The notes: generated by a model not told the origin, from the sequence alone. 64,000 bases of DNA from Candidatus Latescibacterota bacterium (GCA_965248435.1 OZ252100.1:2048001-2112000); one strand, 5' to 3'; shown: positions 39,039-48,798, numbered from the stretch's first letter. Translations and numbers: made by a program.

Positions 39039-40142
39039 TCAGTCCGAAATTTCAGCCTTTCCGTACCATAGTCTCAAAACCTTCTCGGCAGGCTTCCCTT
39101 GGGGAGTAAAAGGCGCTTGAAATCGCCGCACTGCTTCATTGGACCGTGGGTGCCACTTCCAGATATACATCCCAGAAAGCCATTCGGCACGTGAAACTGC
39201 TTGGAAGAACGCTTCGTAGCAGTTGGCCTGCGTCTGTAAGCCCTCTTTTGTAAAACCGACCGTACTTGTCTTCAAACCCCGTTTTGGCTTCTCCCAATGC
39301 CAAGGGCGAATCGCAGCATTTGACTCGCTTCGATACCCAACTTCGGTAAACAGAATGGACTTTCCGTATGTTCGATGTACAGTCTGTATACGTTTGAGAT
39401 GGTTCTTCCACCCCTTTAGAAGTTCTGGAATCGATGGATTGTCATGCTCGGCTACTGGAAAATACGCCTGAATACCGATAAAATCGAGAGCGTCCCAAAA
39501 CCTGACTTGCTCAATTTCACTGTCCCAATTGGCCCCGTAAACTAACAAGCCTTTATACACTTTCCTGATAGCAGCGATAATTTTCCTCCAGTCACTTTCC
39601 CGCGTCGTCGTTCCCTGCAATTCCGTACCAATGCACAATGCTTCAATATCCGCCTCTTCAGCCAGCCGAGCGTAATGAAGTATGAAACGTTTGTAATTAT
39701 CGAACCACTGACGCCATTCAGCATCGTTGTCCATTTCTATGTCACCGCTCCAATGGCGGCCCCAAACTTGAGGCTTCAAAAGGGTTTTGATGCCCACCTG
39801 TCGGGCCAACTTCGCAGTTTTGGCGATTCCTAGATCATTCTCTCCCCACCAATCTGAATCAGCGTTAAGTTCGATTTCAGGTGAATGAGCATCGTGATGC
39901 CAGCCAAAGGTAGTCTGGGAGATCCAGTTGACATGATTGCGCAATAGTGGCTTGAGGTCATCCAACTCAACGGGTTCCGTTGCTGCGACCCAACAGACGC
40001 CTCGCTGCATGGTATCGGCTCTGGGGGAAGTGGAGACAGATGACACCAACACACAGGCCAATACGAAAATGCCATAGCGCGAGAACATCGCATTGCCGTT
40101 CAAAAGACTGCTCATCTTATCCGAGGTACAGTATTTGCCCAT
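39039..40142 (-). CDS. Secreted glycoside hydrolase (GH113-like TIM barrel)
   Basis: LLKPQ, IGTEL, YGANWD, IGIQAYFP, FTEVGY; signal peptide. Confidence 0.8.
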   Translation of the reverse strand: MGKYCTSDKMSSLLNGNAMFSRYGIFVLACVLVSSVSTSPRADTMQRGVCWVAATEPVELDDLKPLLRNHVNWISQTTFGWHHDAHSPEIELNADSDWWGENDLGIAKTAKLARQVGIKTLLKPQVWGRHWSGDIEMDNDAEWRQWFDNYKRFILHYARLAEEADIEALCIGTELQGTTTRESDWRKIIAAIRKVYKGLLVYGANWDSEIEQVRFWDALDFIGIQAYFPVAEHDNPSIPELLKGWKNHLKRIQTVHRTYGKSILFTEVGYRSESNAAIRPWHWEKPKRGLKTSTVGFTKEGLQTQANCYEAFFQAVSRAEWLSGMYIWKWHPRSNEAVRRFQAPFTPQGKPAEKVLRLWYGKAEISD

Positions 40143-40148
40143 TGCAGG

Positions 40149-40177
40149 TATCGTTCTCGCCGTGCACGGACGTGTTA
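40149..40177. repeat. Collapsed 29-bp mini attC-like site
   Basis: TATC GTTCT CG CCGTGCACGG A CG T GTTA. Confidence 0.75.
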
Positions 40178-40186
40178 GGCGATGTT

Positions 40187-40699
40187 TTACTCTCGCTGAA
40201 AATATGGTGCGCTCGATGCGTACGAGATCCTAGTGTGGTTCTCATCGAACACGCTAATACCAGAATAGAAGAATTTGCTGTCTTGGAGCATCTCTGGGAG
40301 GAACGCTCTTTGATAGCTGGTCAAATCTTCAAGGTCCGAAACGGACTCAATGTCGTGCCACGCGAGCGTTCCTTCGTTTGACTCCTCGAAAATCGTGCCT
40401 GTGTGCGATTTGGCGGTAATGAGGTGGGAAATCCCAGCTGAGCCAGACTCGATAAACCAGGCAAAAGTCCCTTGGAAATGCAGGTCACTAATGGATAAAC
40501 CAGTCTCCTCCAGAAACTCTCGCCTTGCGGCCTCAAACAGATCTTCGCCTGGCTCGATTTTCCCCCCGATCCCGATCCACTCATTAGGCAGCATCCTCGC
40601 GTCGTGTGGCTTCCGGAGTAGCAACACTTTTTCATCATCGACGAGATACACGACCGTAAAAGGCTGAATCGAGCAATTGAAAAGTTCGGGACTGAACAT
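40187..40699 (-). CDS. NUDIX hydrolase (8-oxo-dGTPase-like)
   Basis: GGKIEPGEDLFEAARREFLEETGL, EGTLAW. Confidence 0.88.
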   Translation of the reverse strand: MFSPELFNCSIQPFTVVYLVDDEKVLLLRKPHDARMLPNEWIGIGGKIEPGEDLFEAARREFLEETGLSISDLHFQGTFAWFIESGSAGISHLITAKSHTGTIFEESNEGTLAWHDIESVSDLEDLTSYQRAFLPEMLQDSKFFYSGISVFDENHTRISYASSAPYFQRE

Positions 40700-40722
40700 T
40701 AAGACTCTCGAAGAATGTCGCC

Positions 40723-40801
40723 TAACGCTCTCGGCACCCACGAACCCGCGCAGCAGATTGGGCGAAGGGGCGAATGCACCGAGCCGTGGGTGCTCGTGTT
40801 A
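40723..40801. repeat. attC-like site (last intact copy)
   Basis: TAAC GCTCT CG GCACCCACG...CGTGGGTGC T CG T GTTA. Confidence 0.9.
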
Positions 40802-40838
40802 GCCGTTGCCGGGGCCAGTAAGCTTCTTCACTTGAGAA

Positions 40839-41720
40839 TTATGTAGCCCCATTCTCCGCACACTCCACAGTATTGCGCAGAAGCATCGCGACGGTGGTCG
40901 GACCAACCCCACCACGTCTGGGCGTTATCCATCCGGCCACCTCGGAGACTGATTCCTCAACATCGGGCACAAGCCGCTTACCCTTCCAGGTGATTCCTCC
41001 GCTGATCACAACTGCCCCGGGCTTCACCATCTCTTTCTTAACGATACCAGGAACCCCTGCCGCAGCTATCACCATGTCGGCTCGTCTTGTGAATTTCCCA
41101 ATGTCAGGTACAGCACTATGCACGACAGTCACAGCCGCATTCGCCCCAGGACGTTTGAGGGATAAGAGAAGTGCTAAGGGACGTCCAAGAGTGGGTCCGC
41201 GGCCAACGATAGCGACTTCTCGACCCTCAATGGGAATCTGATAGTGTATTAGCATTGCCTGTATTCCCGCTGGAGTTGCGGGAACGGGGCCAGGTTCCTG
41301 CAATACTAATTTTCCGAGGTTCGATGGATGTAATCCGTCAGCATCTTTTTTTGGATCAATAGACCTGACCGCTTCTCCAAAATCGAAACCTTTAGGTACA
41401 GGAAACTGGATCAAGAATCCATGCACTTCCGGTCTCTCATTAAACTCCCTGACGACGTCTAGCAAATCTGCTTGTGTAGCATTCGCCGGGATGTGTTCGT
41501 CAAATGACCCAAAGCCCATCTTCTTGCAAGTCTCGTGTTTTTTTTGGATGTACCCAGCACTTTCGGCACTATCTCCAACCAAGATCGTACCTAGACCAGG
41601 GACAATTCCTTTGTCTTTTAGCCTCTTCACACGCTCGGAGACATCTGCCAAAACCGCATCTGCAACCGGCTTCCCTTCCAGCAATTGTGCTGACATATCT
41701 CCTTCTCCGATACTAACCAA
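40839..41720 (-). CDS. folD: Methylenetetrahydrofolate dehydrogenase/cyclohydrolase
   Basis: ILVGD, KDADGLHPSNLG, PATPAG, ITPRRGGVGPTT. Confidence 0.92.
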   Translation of the reverse strand: MVSIGEGDMSAQLLEGKPVADAVLADVSERVKRLKDKGIVPGLGTILVGDSAESAGYIQKKHETCKKMGFGSFDEHIPANATQADLLDVVREFNERPEVHGFLIQFPVPKGFDFGEAVRSIDPKKDADGLHPSNLGKLVLQEPGPVPATPAGIQAMLIHYQIPIEGREVAIVGRGPTLGRPLALLLSLKRPGANAAVTVVHSAVPDIGKFTRRADMVIAAAGVPGIVKKEMVKPGAVVISGGITWKGKRLVPDVEESVSEVAGWITPRRGGVGPTTVAMLLRNTVECAENGAT

Positions 41721-41729
41721 TACGATCTG

Positions 41730-42167
41730 TTAGGCTCTTCGTCCTTCGTCAAAGTCATAGTAATCGAAGAGAGTTTGAATCTCTTCGCGATCTCCTAAGC
41801 CAATGCTATCTTTTTCGCGTTGAACAAGCTCACTATCATCGTCTCGCCAACCGCGTTTCTCCATGAAAAGGTTCCAAATAAGTACCTCCTCATCGTTTGG
41901 TCTTCGACCATTGGAGTAACACCAGTCTAGGACCTCCAAATCCGTTTTCCCCTCAGAAATGAGCCTTCTGATCTCCTGGTAGTCAACGTGAAGGAAACGA
42001 CAGCAACGCCTATCAAAGCCTACGCCAACAAATTCATGGTAGGCTTCTGGTAAGACACCGCGTTGCATTAACCTGGCCTTGCTGCACATTCTGGCAAAAT
42101 AGACTAGTCGCTCAGTCTTTTCGTAGCCGCTAGCTGGTAGATCATCGCTCATAATCTTCCGCTCCAT
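41730..42167 (-). CDS. DUF5069-like protein
   Basis: VYFARMCSKAR, FDRRCCRFL, DFDEGR. Confidence 0.65.
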   Translation of the reverse strand: MERKIMSDDLPASGYEKTERLVYFARMCSKARLMQRGVLPEAYHEFVGVGFDRRCCRFLHVDYQEIRRLISEGKTDLEVLDWCYSNGRRPNDEEVLIWNLFMEKRGWRDDDSELVQREKDSIGLGDREEIQTLFDYYDFDEGRRA

Positions 42168-42254
42168 TTGATTTCTAGATTCTACAAAGCCGCGAGCACA
42201 ATGTCAGCTGGCCCAGCGAGTTCCTGTCCGAAATGCAGAATATCTCTGCTGTCG

Positions 42255-42848
42255 TCACTTGCCTCCCGGCGATCTCGTCATAATGGTATATGGTGCCACC
42301 TCGAAACCGCAGCGCCGGTATGCCCGGAGTGCGCGTTCGTTCGCATTGTGTGCATAAAGCCGGACATCTAATGCACCGTGCGCTTTTGCTACCACTGTTA
42401 TGTGATCCAACAAGAGTCTAACAAGCCCTGTGCCGCGGTGTTCGGGTAGGATAAAGAGACTCTGGATCCACCAGTAGTGTCCGCCGCGAAAGTCGCTCCA
42501 CTCGGTCACCACGGAAGTGCTCCCTGCGACGCAGTTGTTCGGCGCCTCGGCTACCCAGTAAGCAGCCAGCGGTGGATCCTCAAACGCCGCCTGTACACCA
42601 CGTCCCACGGCCACTGGGTCCAATTCGGTACCCTCGGCTTCGCGAGCTTCCTCCAGTGTGAAAGTGACAAGCGTGTCGATGTCTTCCTTGACTGCCTCGC
42701 GTATGATGTAAGTAGGTGCCACAGAAGTTTCCCCGGATCGAGCTACTTCGCGGCTAACGCGACAATTTCGATCAACGTATCTCCCTCCAATTTCACTTCG
42801 ACGCAAGCCCGTTGTGGCCAGTGGTCCGGGCCGATCCAAGGTTCCCAT
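42255..42848 (-). CDS. GNAT acetyltransferase (start uncertain, probably ~42720)
   Basis: TEWSDFR, WWIQSLF, HRGTG, NERALRAY. Confidence 0.85.
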   Translation of the reverse strand: MGTLDRPGPLATTGLRRSEIGGRYVDRNCRVSREVARSGETSVAPTYIIREAVKEDIDTLVTFTLEEAREAEGTELDPVAVGRGVQAAFEDPPLAAYWVAEAPNNCVAGSTSVVTEWSDFRGGHYWWIQSLFILPEHRGTGLVRLLLDHITVVAKAHGALDVRLYAHNANERALRAYRRCGFEVAPYTIMTRSPGGK

Positions 42849-43087
42849 ATCTCGTTGACAATAGGTTTCTTCTCAATTTCTGTGATGTAGATGGTTGCGG
42901 AAATCAACCGGGTTTTGTCCGTGCCTGCCTCTGCTAGATTGTTATCCAACTGCGCAAGCGCCTGCTCGGTCTGGCTCCTCAGATCTCCTGACAAATCCAG
43001 TGCAATTACAGCCGTGTAGATCAATCCTTTGTGTTCGACTGACTCACTGCGGCCAACAGCCTTGCCAGGATATCGCTTGATTGTCAC
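42743..43087 (-). CDS. RidA family protein
   Basis: AGTDKTRLISATIY, NEIW, PQRACV, IEIVALA. Confidence 0.9.
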   Translation of the reverse strand: MTIKRYPGKAVGRSESVEHKGLIYTAVIALDLSGDLRSQTEQALAQLDNNLAEAGTDKTRLISATIYITEIEKKPIVNEIWEPWIGPDHWPQRACVEVKLEGDTLIEIVALAAK

Positions 43088-43124
43088 GATCTACTCCTCA
43101 GCTCGCACGAGCAAGTTCAACATC

Positions 43125-43730
43125 TTAGAGATCTTCTGGCACATTCGTCTTCAGTTCCTCCATCGTCCTGCTGCTTTGAAGCGCCTGAAGCACACTCTCG
43201 TTAGGGTTCGTGAACACAACGGGGTAGTCCTTACCACCTCTCCTCTTGTCTATCTCGAATGCCAATCTCTCTTCGTCAACCGAGAACTGAGCATCTATTC
43301 CCGGTTTATTGCCACGCGCATCGACCCTGATCCATTTACCAGTCCCCTTGAGATATATGCCGTTCAAGCCGTGAAGAAACCTCCAAGGAGTCGTCTCAGA
43401 CCCACTTGCCAGAACCTGATAGCAGAATCCCGCAGGAATTCCTTGGGCACGAAGAATAGCGGCCAAAAGGTGAGACTTTGCCCAACAGATTCCTTCCTTC
43501 CTTTGCAGCACATCAGATGCCCTGCATGTGACTGTCTTTCCAACAATATCAAGCGAATGGCTGATACGGTCCCTCACGAACTCATATGCAGATCGGGCGA
43601 ACTCTCCATCAGAGCCTGCACTCTGCGCCAGTTCACGAGCAACGGTTTGAACCTCGGGATGCTCAAAGTCTATGACTTCTGAGCTTACCAGATAATCGTT
43701 GATGTCGTTTGATTCAGAACACAGATTCAT
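43125..43730 (-). CDS. Transglutaminase-like protein
   Basis: GICWAKSHLLAA, HGLN, DARGNK. Confidence 0.88.
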   Translation of the reverse strand: MNLCSESNDINDYLVSSEVIDFEHPEVQTVARELAQSAGSDGEFARSAYEFVRDRISHSLDIVGKTVTCRASDVLQRKEGICWAKSHLLAAILRAQGIPAGFCYQVLASGSETTPWRFLHGLNGIYLKGTGKWIRVDARGNKPGIDAQFSVDEERLAFEIDKRRGGKDYPVVFTNPNESVLQALQSSRTMEELKTNVPEDL

Positions 43731-44544
43731 TTGTGCCTATTCTTCTCTTCCTGGCCTCAAATATTCCCGCAGCCTTGGTAATGTGGATAGGACCTCGTGA
43801 GGCAATTTCTGCTTCCAGGATCCTTCTGAACTCTGGCAACTTTGCTTCGTCAAGCCTGTTGCTCGAAAGAACGTAGGTTACTAAAGGTTCGACCTCTGGA
43901 ACGATCAAAGCGTCATCACGCAGGTGAACTTTGACTTCGTCAAACCATTCCGAAAGCTGTTCTGTTCCACTCTCAAGGTCAAAATGGAAGCCCGGCCTAA
44001 TCGGGTAGGCAGCCGGATCGGCCCTTTTGGCAAGATCGATAAGCTCCTTCATATGACCTTTCCCAACAGTCGATGCGAAAAAACGCCCGTTCGCCTTCAA
44101 GACTCGCCACATTTCCGAGAGTGCTTTGGGCCTATCGGGCACGTGATAGAGCATATGATTTGCAATCACTGTATCAAATGTCTCATCTGTAAAAGGAATT
44201 GCCTGAGCATCGATAAGTTTGAAATCGAATTTGCGTTGGCTCTCTCTAAGATTGTCCTGGGCTTCCTGAAGCATCCCCGATGAGAAGTCTGAAACCGTTA
44301 TGTCCCACCCATTAGGAAGACGGTCCAAATTCTTCCCCCACAACCAGGCAGGTCCGCAGCCCAGTTCGAGTATGCGATTGCTGGGAGGGAGCCTCAGATG
44401 ATCGAAGATCCATCGATTCCAACTACCCTTGTTTACACTGAATAGCCCATGTAGTTGCGAACGATCTTTGAGGTTGGTAGCATCTTTGTATTGATGCGTA
44501 AGAAGATGCTCTCGATCCGTTTTCTTATCCATAAGATCTATCAA
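43714..44544 (-). CDS. Class I SAM methyltransferase
   Basis: LELGCG, ANHMLYHV. Confidence 0.9.
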   Translation of the reverse strand: MIDLMDKKTDREHLLTHQYKDATNLKDRSQLHGLFSVNKGSWNRWIFDHLRLPPSNRILELGCGPAWLWGKNLDRLPNGWDITVSDFSSGMLQEAQDNLRESQRKFDFKLIDAQAIPFTDETFDTVIANHMLYHVPDRPKALSEMWRVLKANGRFFASTVGKGHMKELIDLAKRADPAAYPIRPGFHFDLESGTEQLSEWFDEVKVHLRDDALIVPEVEPLVTYVLSSNRLDEAKLPEFRRILEAEIASRGPIHITKAAGIFEARKRRIGTNESVF

Positions 44545-44575
44545 TGCTTGTAATGCTCACGCACAACTGATTGCA

Positions 44576-45313
44576 CTAGATTGTGACTATCTCCAATACC
44601 TCATCGAGTGAATCGATCTGATGCATCGGTTCAGGTTGCTCAGACGGCCAAGTATGATAGCCGCACTTCCATATAGGGGTCATTCGAACGGCGGCGGCTC
44701 CCAAGACATCGTTAACTGGATGATCCCCCACAAACCATGCCTCCTTCGCCGAAACTCCTACCTCGGAAAGACCAACTTCGAATATCCTAGCTTCAGGCTT
44801 TTTCACTCCAATGGCTTCTGATACTATGACACAAGACATCTGATCCCTAATGCCGAGGACGTCTATTTTCAAGTTCTGCCCAAATTCAGACCCGTTTGTT
44901 ATGATCCCAACCTTCAACCCTAGTCCTTTCAGACCCTTCAACGTCGTGCCGACTCCGGGAATAGGCTTGGCACATTTCGGAAATCTGGTCCTCCAGAAGT
45001 CACTTATCTCCTCAGCGGATGGACTAGGCTCCCAAGGAAGGATCCTTGTGAGTTCGGTGAAGAATTCATCTTTCGGCCTATAGCCGCCCTGGTCCGCATT
45101 GCGAATACTATTGAAAACTTCCTCATAGTCAGTCGAATCAAAGAGGTGCGAGAAGTGATCGTAGAAGACTTCCGCAAATGCCACTAAGGTGCCCTCTCTG
45201 TCTACCAGAGTGTTATCTAAATCAAAGAATACGCATCCATGACCAACAAGAGACATCACCATCCATCCTGTTCCTTTGTACCGCCAAATATCGCGTGACC
45301 GGCCTTCATCCAA
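44576..45313 (-). CDS. HAD family hydrolase (start probably ~45260)
   Basis: FDLDNTL, ITNG, KP, VGDHPVND. Confidence 0.88.
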   Translation of the reverse strand: MDEGRSRDIWRYKGTGWMVMSLVGHGCVFFDLDNTLVDREGTLVAFAEVFYDHFSHLFDSTDYEEVFNSIRNADQGGYRPKDEFFTELTRILPWEPSPSAEEISDFWRTRFPKCAKPIPGVGTTLKGLKGLGLKVGIITNGSEFGQNLKIDVLGIRDQMSCVIVSEAIGVKKPEARIFEVGLSEVGVSAKEAWFVGDHPVNDVLGAAAVRMTPIWKCGYHTWPSEQPEPMHQIDSLDEVLEIVTI

Positions 45314-45984
45314 TAGACGTCAACATTCTCGAACCCTGCTTCCTCCAGCCACTTCAGCTGATCGAGCAGACTGGAGGGCTTATCAACGGGATCGGGATAC
45401 CGATAGAAATTCCATTTCATTTTCCTAAAAGCGTCGAAGGCCTTCTGATCGCCGTCAAACCTAAGGGCGCGCTCAAGCACAGCGTCATCCCAGGCCTTTG
45501 CTGCGTATTCGATTGCAGTTTTATCGACGGGCTGAATCAAGTCTGCAATCAGAAAATCGCCTCCCGGATCCAGAACTCTGCAAATGTCTTGAAAGAGCTG
45601 CTTCTTCTGCTCTCCATCCAAATGATGAATGCCTAGCGAGGAGACCACTACCCTAACAGAGAAGTCAACGGTTCGCCAAGAGCGATCTGCTAGCTCAAAG
45701 ATCCTCGTTTTGTATCGGCCTTTATACTGAGCAAGATTAGCCTCAGCACGTTTCAACATATCGGGCGAACCGTCGAATCCGCATACACTACAGTGTGAAA
45801 ATTTCTCAAGTAAAGCTCCTGCCAGGGTTCCATCTCCGCAGCAGATATCGAGTATGTTGATTTGCTCCTCACACTCTGGAATCAAAGCACAAATAGTCTC
45901 AATTTGTTCCTCACGATCAGGCACGAAGTATCGGCCGAAATCCATGAAAGTTTCAGAGTCTTGTTCGGTCCAGGTCTCTTCCAT
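45256..45984 (-). CDS. Class I SAM methyltransferase
   Basis: LDICCGDG, SSLGIHHL. Confidence 0.88.
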   Translation of the reverse strand: MEETWTEQDSETFMDFGRYFVPDREEQIETICALIPECEEQINILDICCGDGTLAGALLEKFSHCSVCGFDGSPDMLKRAEANLAQYKGRYKTRIFELADRSWRTVDFSVRVVVSSLGIHHLDGEQKKQLFQDICRVLDPGGDFLIADLIQPVDKTAIEYAAKAWDDAVLERALRFDGDQKAFDAFRKMKWNFYRYPDPVDKPSSLLDQLKWLEEAGFENVDVYWMKAGHAIFGGTKEQDGW

Positions 45985-46004
45985 TGCAGAAATCTGCCCT
46001 TGGC

Positions 46005-46469
46005 TTATAGATCCAAGTGCATCCTCTGAGTCTCAGGCTCGAAGCCCTGGGATCTGAAGAGGCTTTGCGCCTCCTGATTGAAGCACCATACTTCGAGGTC
46101 CAACCGATGTATCCCTTTTTCTCTGGCTATCGCCTTCGCTTCTTCTACAAGCTTAGCCGCGAGTCCACGTCGACGGAAATCTCTAGCCACAGCAATCTGC
46201 TCGATATACAACGACTTGAAAGCAAACCGGAGTTGATTCTCCGGCCTCTCCCTCACGATGGCAACCATATACCCCACTAATTCGCTCTCTTCTGCAATAA
46301 GGATCACCGATTTCTCATCCTTTAGACGTTCTGCAAAATTCTCCCTTGAGGCTTCGGACACAAGAGGCTTGAAAAAGTCTGGTCGTGCCTCAACGTGGAT
46401 GTCGTGAACCCATCGCCTGAGATCAGCAAGAGCATCCAGATCCTTCTCTGTGGCCCGCCTGATTTCCAC
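46005..46469 (-). CDS. GNAT acetyltransferase
   Basis: IAVARDFRRRGLA, FNQEA. Confidence 0.88.
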   Translation of the reverse strand: MEIRRATEKDLDALADLRRWVHDIHVEARPDFFKPLVSEASRENFAERLKDEKSVILIAEESELVGYMVAIVRERPENQLRFAFKSLYIEQIAVARDFRRRGLAAKLVEEAKAIAREKGIHRLDLEVWCFNQEAQSLFRSQGFEPETQRMHLDL

Positions 46470-46496
46470 TGTGGTTTCCCTTTATAATCCTCTTAG

Positions 46497-47285
46497 CTAC
46501 TGTGCAATTAGTCCGCCATCTACGACCATGGCGTGACCAGTAACAAAGGAGGCTGCGTCTGAACAGAGCCATACCACCGCTTCGGCAACCTCCTCAGGGG
46601 TCCCTATTCTACCGCTCGGCTCCTTCCGAATGTTATCTCTTTCTAGTTCTATTCTCGCTTCGGGACTACCGCCTGCAATGACTTCGCCTAATCGCTCATA
46701 CATCGGTGTCCGAATCGTGCCTGGGCACACGGCATTGACCCGAATGCCTGCCTGAGCAAATTCCAACGCTGCGGTCTTGGTCAGCCCAACAACACCATGC
46801 TTACTGGCAATATACGCTGGTAAACCCAGGTCATTTCCCACCAGCCCCATTGTCGAGGAGGTGTTCACAACCGCGCCACTCCCCTGCTCAAGCATCTGTT
46901 GGAGTTCATATTTCATGCACAGCCACACCCCTTTGAGGTTGACGCCAATGACTTGATCCCAATTCTCCTCTGAACATTTGTGAGTGCTGGCTTGAACGCC
47001 TTCGATTCCTGCGTTATTGTGTGCGCAGTCTAATCGACCGAACATCCCGATGGCGCTCTTGAATAGTATTTCTACATCTGAGCGTTTCGAGACATCGACT
47101 GGCACGAACAGCGCATCGGTTCCGGATTTCGAGATCAGATGCGCTGTCTCTTCTCCGCCTTCAGTGTCTATGTCACCAATGATGACCCTTGCTCCCTCCC
47201 TGGCAAATGCTAGAGCCGAAGCTCTTCCCATTCCAGAGCTCCCTCCGGTTACGAGCGCAACCTTGTCCACCAGGCACCCCGACAT
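46497..47285 (-). CDS. SDR family oxidoreductase
   Basis: TGGSSGMG, NNAG, YIASK. Confidence 0.93.
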   Translation of the reverse strand: MSGCLVDKVALVTGGSSGMGRASALAFAREGARVIIGDIDTEGGEETAHLISKSGTDALFVPVDVSKRSDVEILFKSAIGMFGRLDCAHNNAGIEGVQASTHKCSEENWDQVIGVNLKGVWLCMKYELQQMLEQGSGAVVNTSSTMGLVGNDLGLPAYIASKHGVVGLTKTAALEFAQAGIRVNAVCPGTIRTPMYERLGEVIAGGSPEARIELERDNIRKEPSGRIGTPEEVAEAVVWLCSDAASFVTGHAMVVDGGLIAQ

Positions 47286-48044
47286 CTAGGTCTCTCTCAG
47301 AGTCTTTTTGAACACGAACAGGTCTACGGGCTCGAGGATCGGCCCGTCGGGCTGGAAATCCTCGTCTCTGGCCATCGCTTCCAGTCCCTCTTCGAACTCT
47401 GAATCAGTGATGCTTGCCAGATCCGACAGAGCCCGTTGAGCGATTTTCTCTCTGTATTCACTGAAAGATACCGCAAACGCCTGATTGATCACTGTGTGGT
47501 CAACTAGACTAAATCCATTCGCTTGTATGGTCCCGATAAGCTCCGATTTTCCAGGCAGCATTTTCTTTCCCACACGTCGGGCACTTGGAAAATACTTTAG
47601 ATACGGCACGCGATCATGCAGATCCAAGGTCGAGTTCCGGATACATAGCTTGCCACCTGCTCTGAGCACCCGGAACCACTCACGAGTCGCTTCGATCGGC
47701 TCAGTGAGGTGATGGAACACCATTGAGAGAAAGACTAAGTCAGATGAATCATCTCTGATGGGGACAGCGTGAGTGTCTCCTCTGACAAATCTCACATTAT
47801 TTCCACCCGATCTGGCTTGGCTAAGCATTCTAAAGGAGGGATCGATCCCAATGAGCCTTGCATTGAACCTTTCGGCAAGGGCATCAGAGAAGCGTCCGGT
47901 CCCACATCCAACATCTACAATACACCTCACCGGTCCAACGATCAGATCTGCAATCGCATCCAGCCAGATCCTCAGTGTGGCTTCGGGGAGCTGCCTCGCT
48001 TTTACATAGGTGGCAGGTATGTCAGTGCGGTCGTACTCTAACAT
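47286..48044 (-). CDS. Class I SAM methyltransferase
   Basis: DVGCGTGR, SMVFHHL. Confidence 0.9.
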   Translation of the reverse strand: MLEYDRTDIPATYVKARQLPEATLRIWLDAIADLIVGPVRCIVDVGCGTGRFSDALAERFNARLIGIDPSFRMLSQARSGGNNVRFVRGDTHAVPIRDDSSDLVFLSMVFHHLTEPIEATREWFRVLRAGGKLCIRNSTLDLHDRVPYLKYFPSARRVGKKMLPGKSELIGTIQANGFSLVDHTVINQAFAVSFSEYREKIAQRALSDLASITDSEFEEGLEAMARDEDFQPDGPILEPVDLFVFKKTLRET

Positions 48045-48090
48045 TGGGATCCAGTATGCTTGCGACGCCTACCAAATCTAAGCGCTCACC

Positions 48091-48762
48091 TCATTCGATC
48101 ACATAACTGACTACAATTCTCAGACAATCCGGGAACCGAACGATATCGATCTCGTTCGAGTATGGACGAATAATTTCCCTTAGCTCCCCATCCGAGAGAT
48201 AATGCTTGATCACACGGTAACGTGACCCATCTCGCAGCTCACGCGTCTGTATGTGGTTTCCTGCCTCATCATATAGGCCGGTGATGTTGTGATTGTGGGG
48301 CAACTGATCGCAGAACACCACCCTTGAATTTGGCTTCAGTCGCTCGTGCAGCCCTTGAAGAAATCCGTTAAGGCGTGACTTAGGAACGTGTGCAAACCAG
48401 TCAACGGCAAATGCGGCGTCAAATGATTCACTCACCGATGTGAGATCGTACGCATCCACGGCTTGCAACGAAACCTTGTCCCAATCTAGGGATTTACGTC
48501 GCGCTTGCTCCAAAGCCGACTCATTATAGTCTGTGGCAAGAATGGAATCGGCAACCTTACTAACCAGGGCGGTCCAGAAGCAGGGGCCGCAGGCGACTTC
48601 AAGAACCCTCCTCTCCCTCAGCAGGTCCTGTACTTCCCTAATCACGGGAGCGAGAGCCTTGACCGTTTCTGGCTGGTCATACCCCATAGACTGATCGTAG
48701 CGGGGTGCCCTCTTCCCGTAGTAGGTCTGCATTTCCTCTACAATCGTTTCTTTCAATTTCAT
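48091..48762 (-). CDS. Class I SAM methyltransferase
   Basis: LEVACG, DAY, WFAHVP. Confidence 0.88.
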   Translation of the reverse strand: MKLKETIVEEMQTYYGKRAPRYDQSMGYDQPETVKALAPVIREVQDLLRERRVLEVACGPCFWTALVSKVADSILATDYNESALEQARRKSLDWDKVSLQAVDAYDLTSVSESFDAAFAVDWFAHVPKSRLNGFLQGLHERLKPNSRVVFCDQLPHNHNITGLYDEAGNHIQTRELRDGSRYRVIKHYLSDGELREIIRPYSNEIDIVRFPDCLRIVVSYVIE

Positions 48763-48798
48763 GTTGCCCTTACCCCCTAACTGACCTTTGGGTGACAG

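Noticed and set aside
10789-40801. CRISPR array interpretation of the repeats
   Set aside because: Repeats are 80-135 bp, variable, separated by whole genes, and no cas genes are present.
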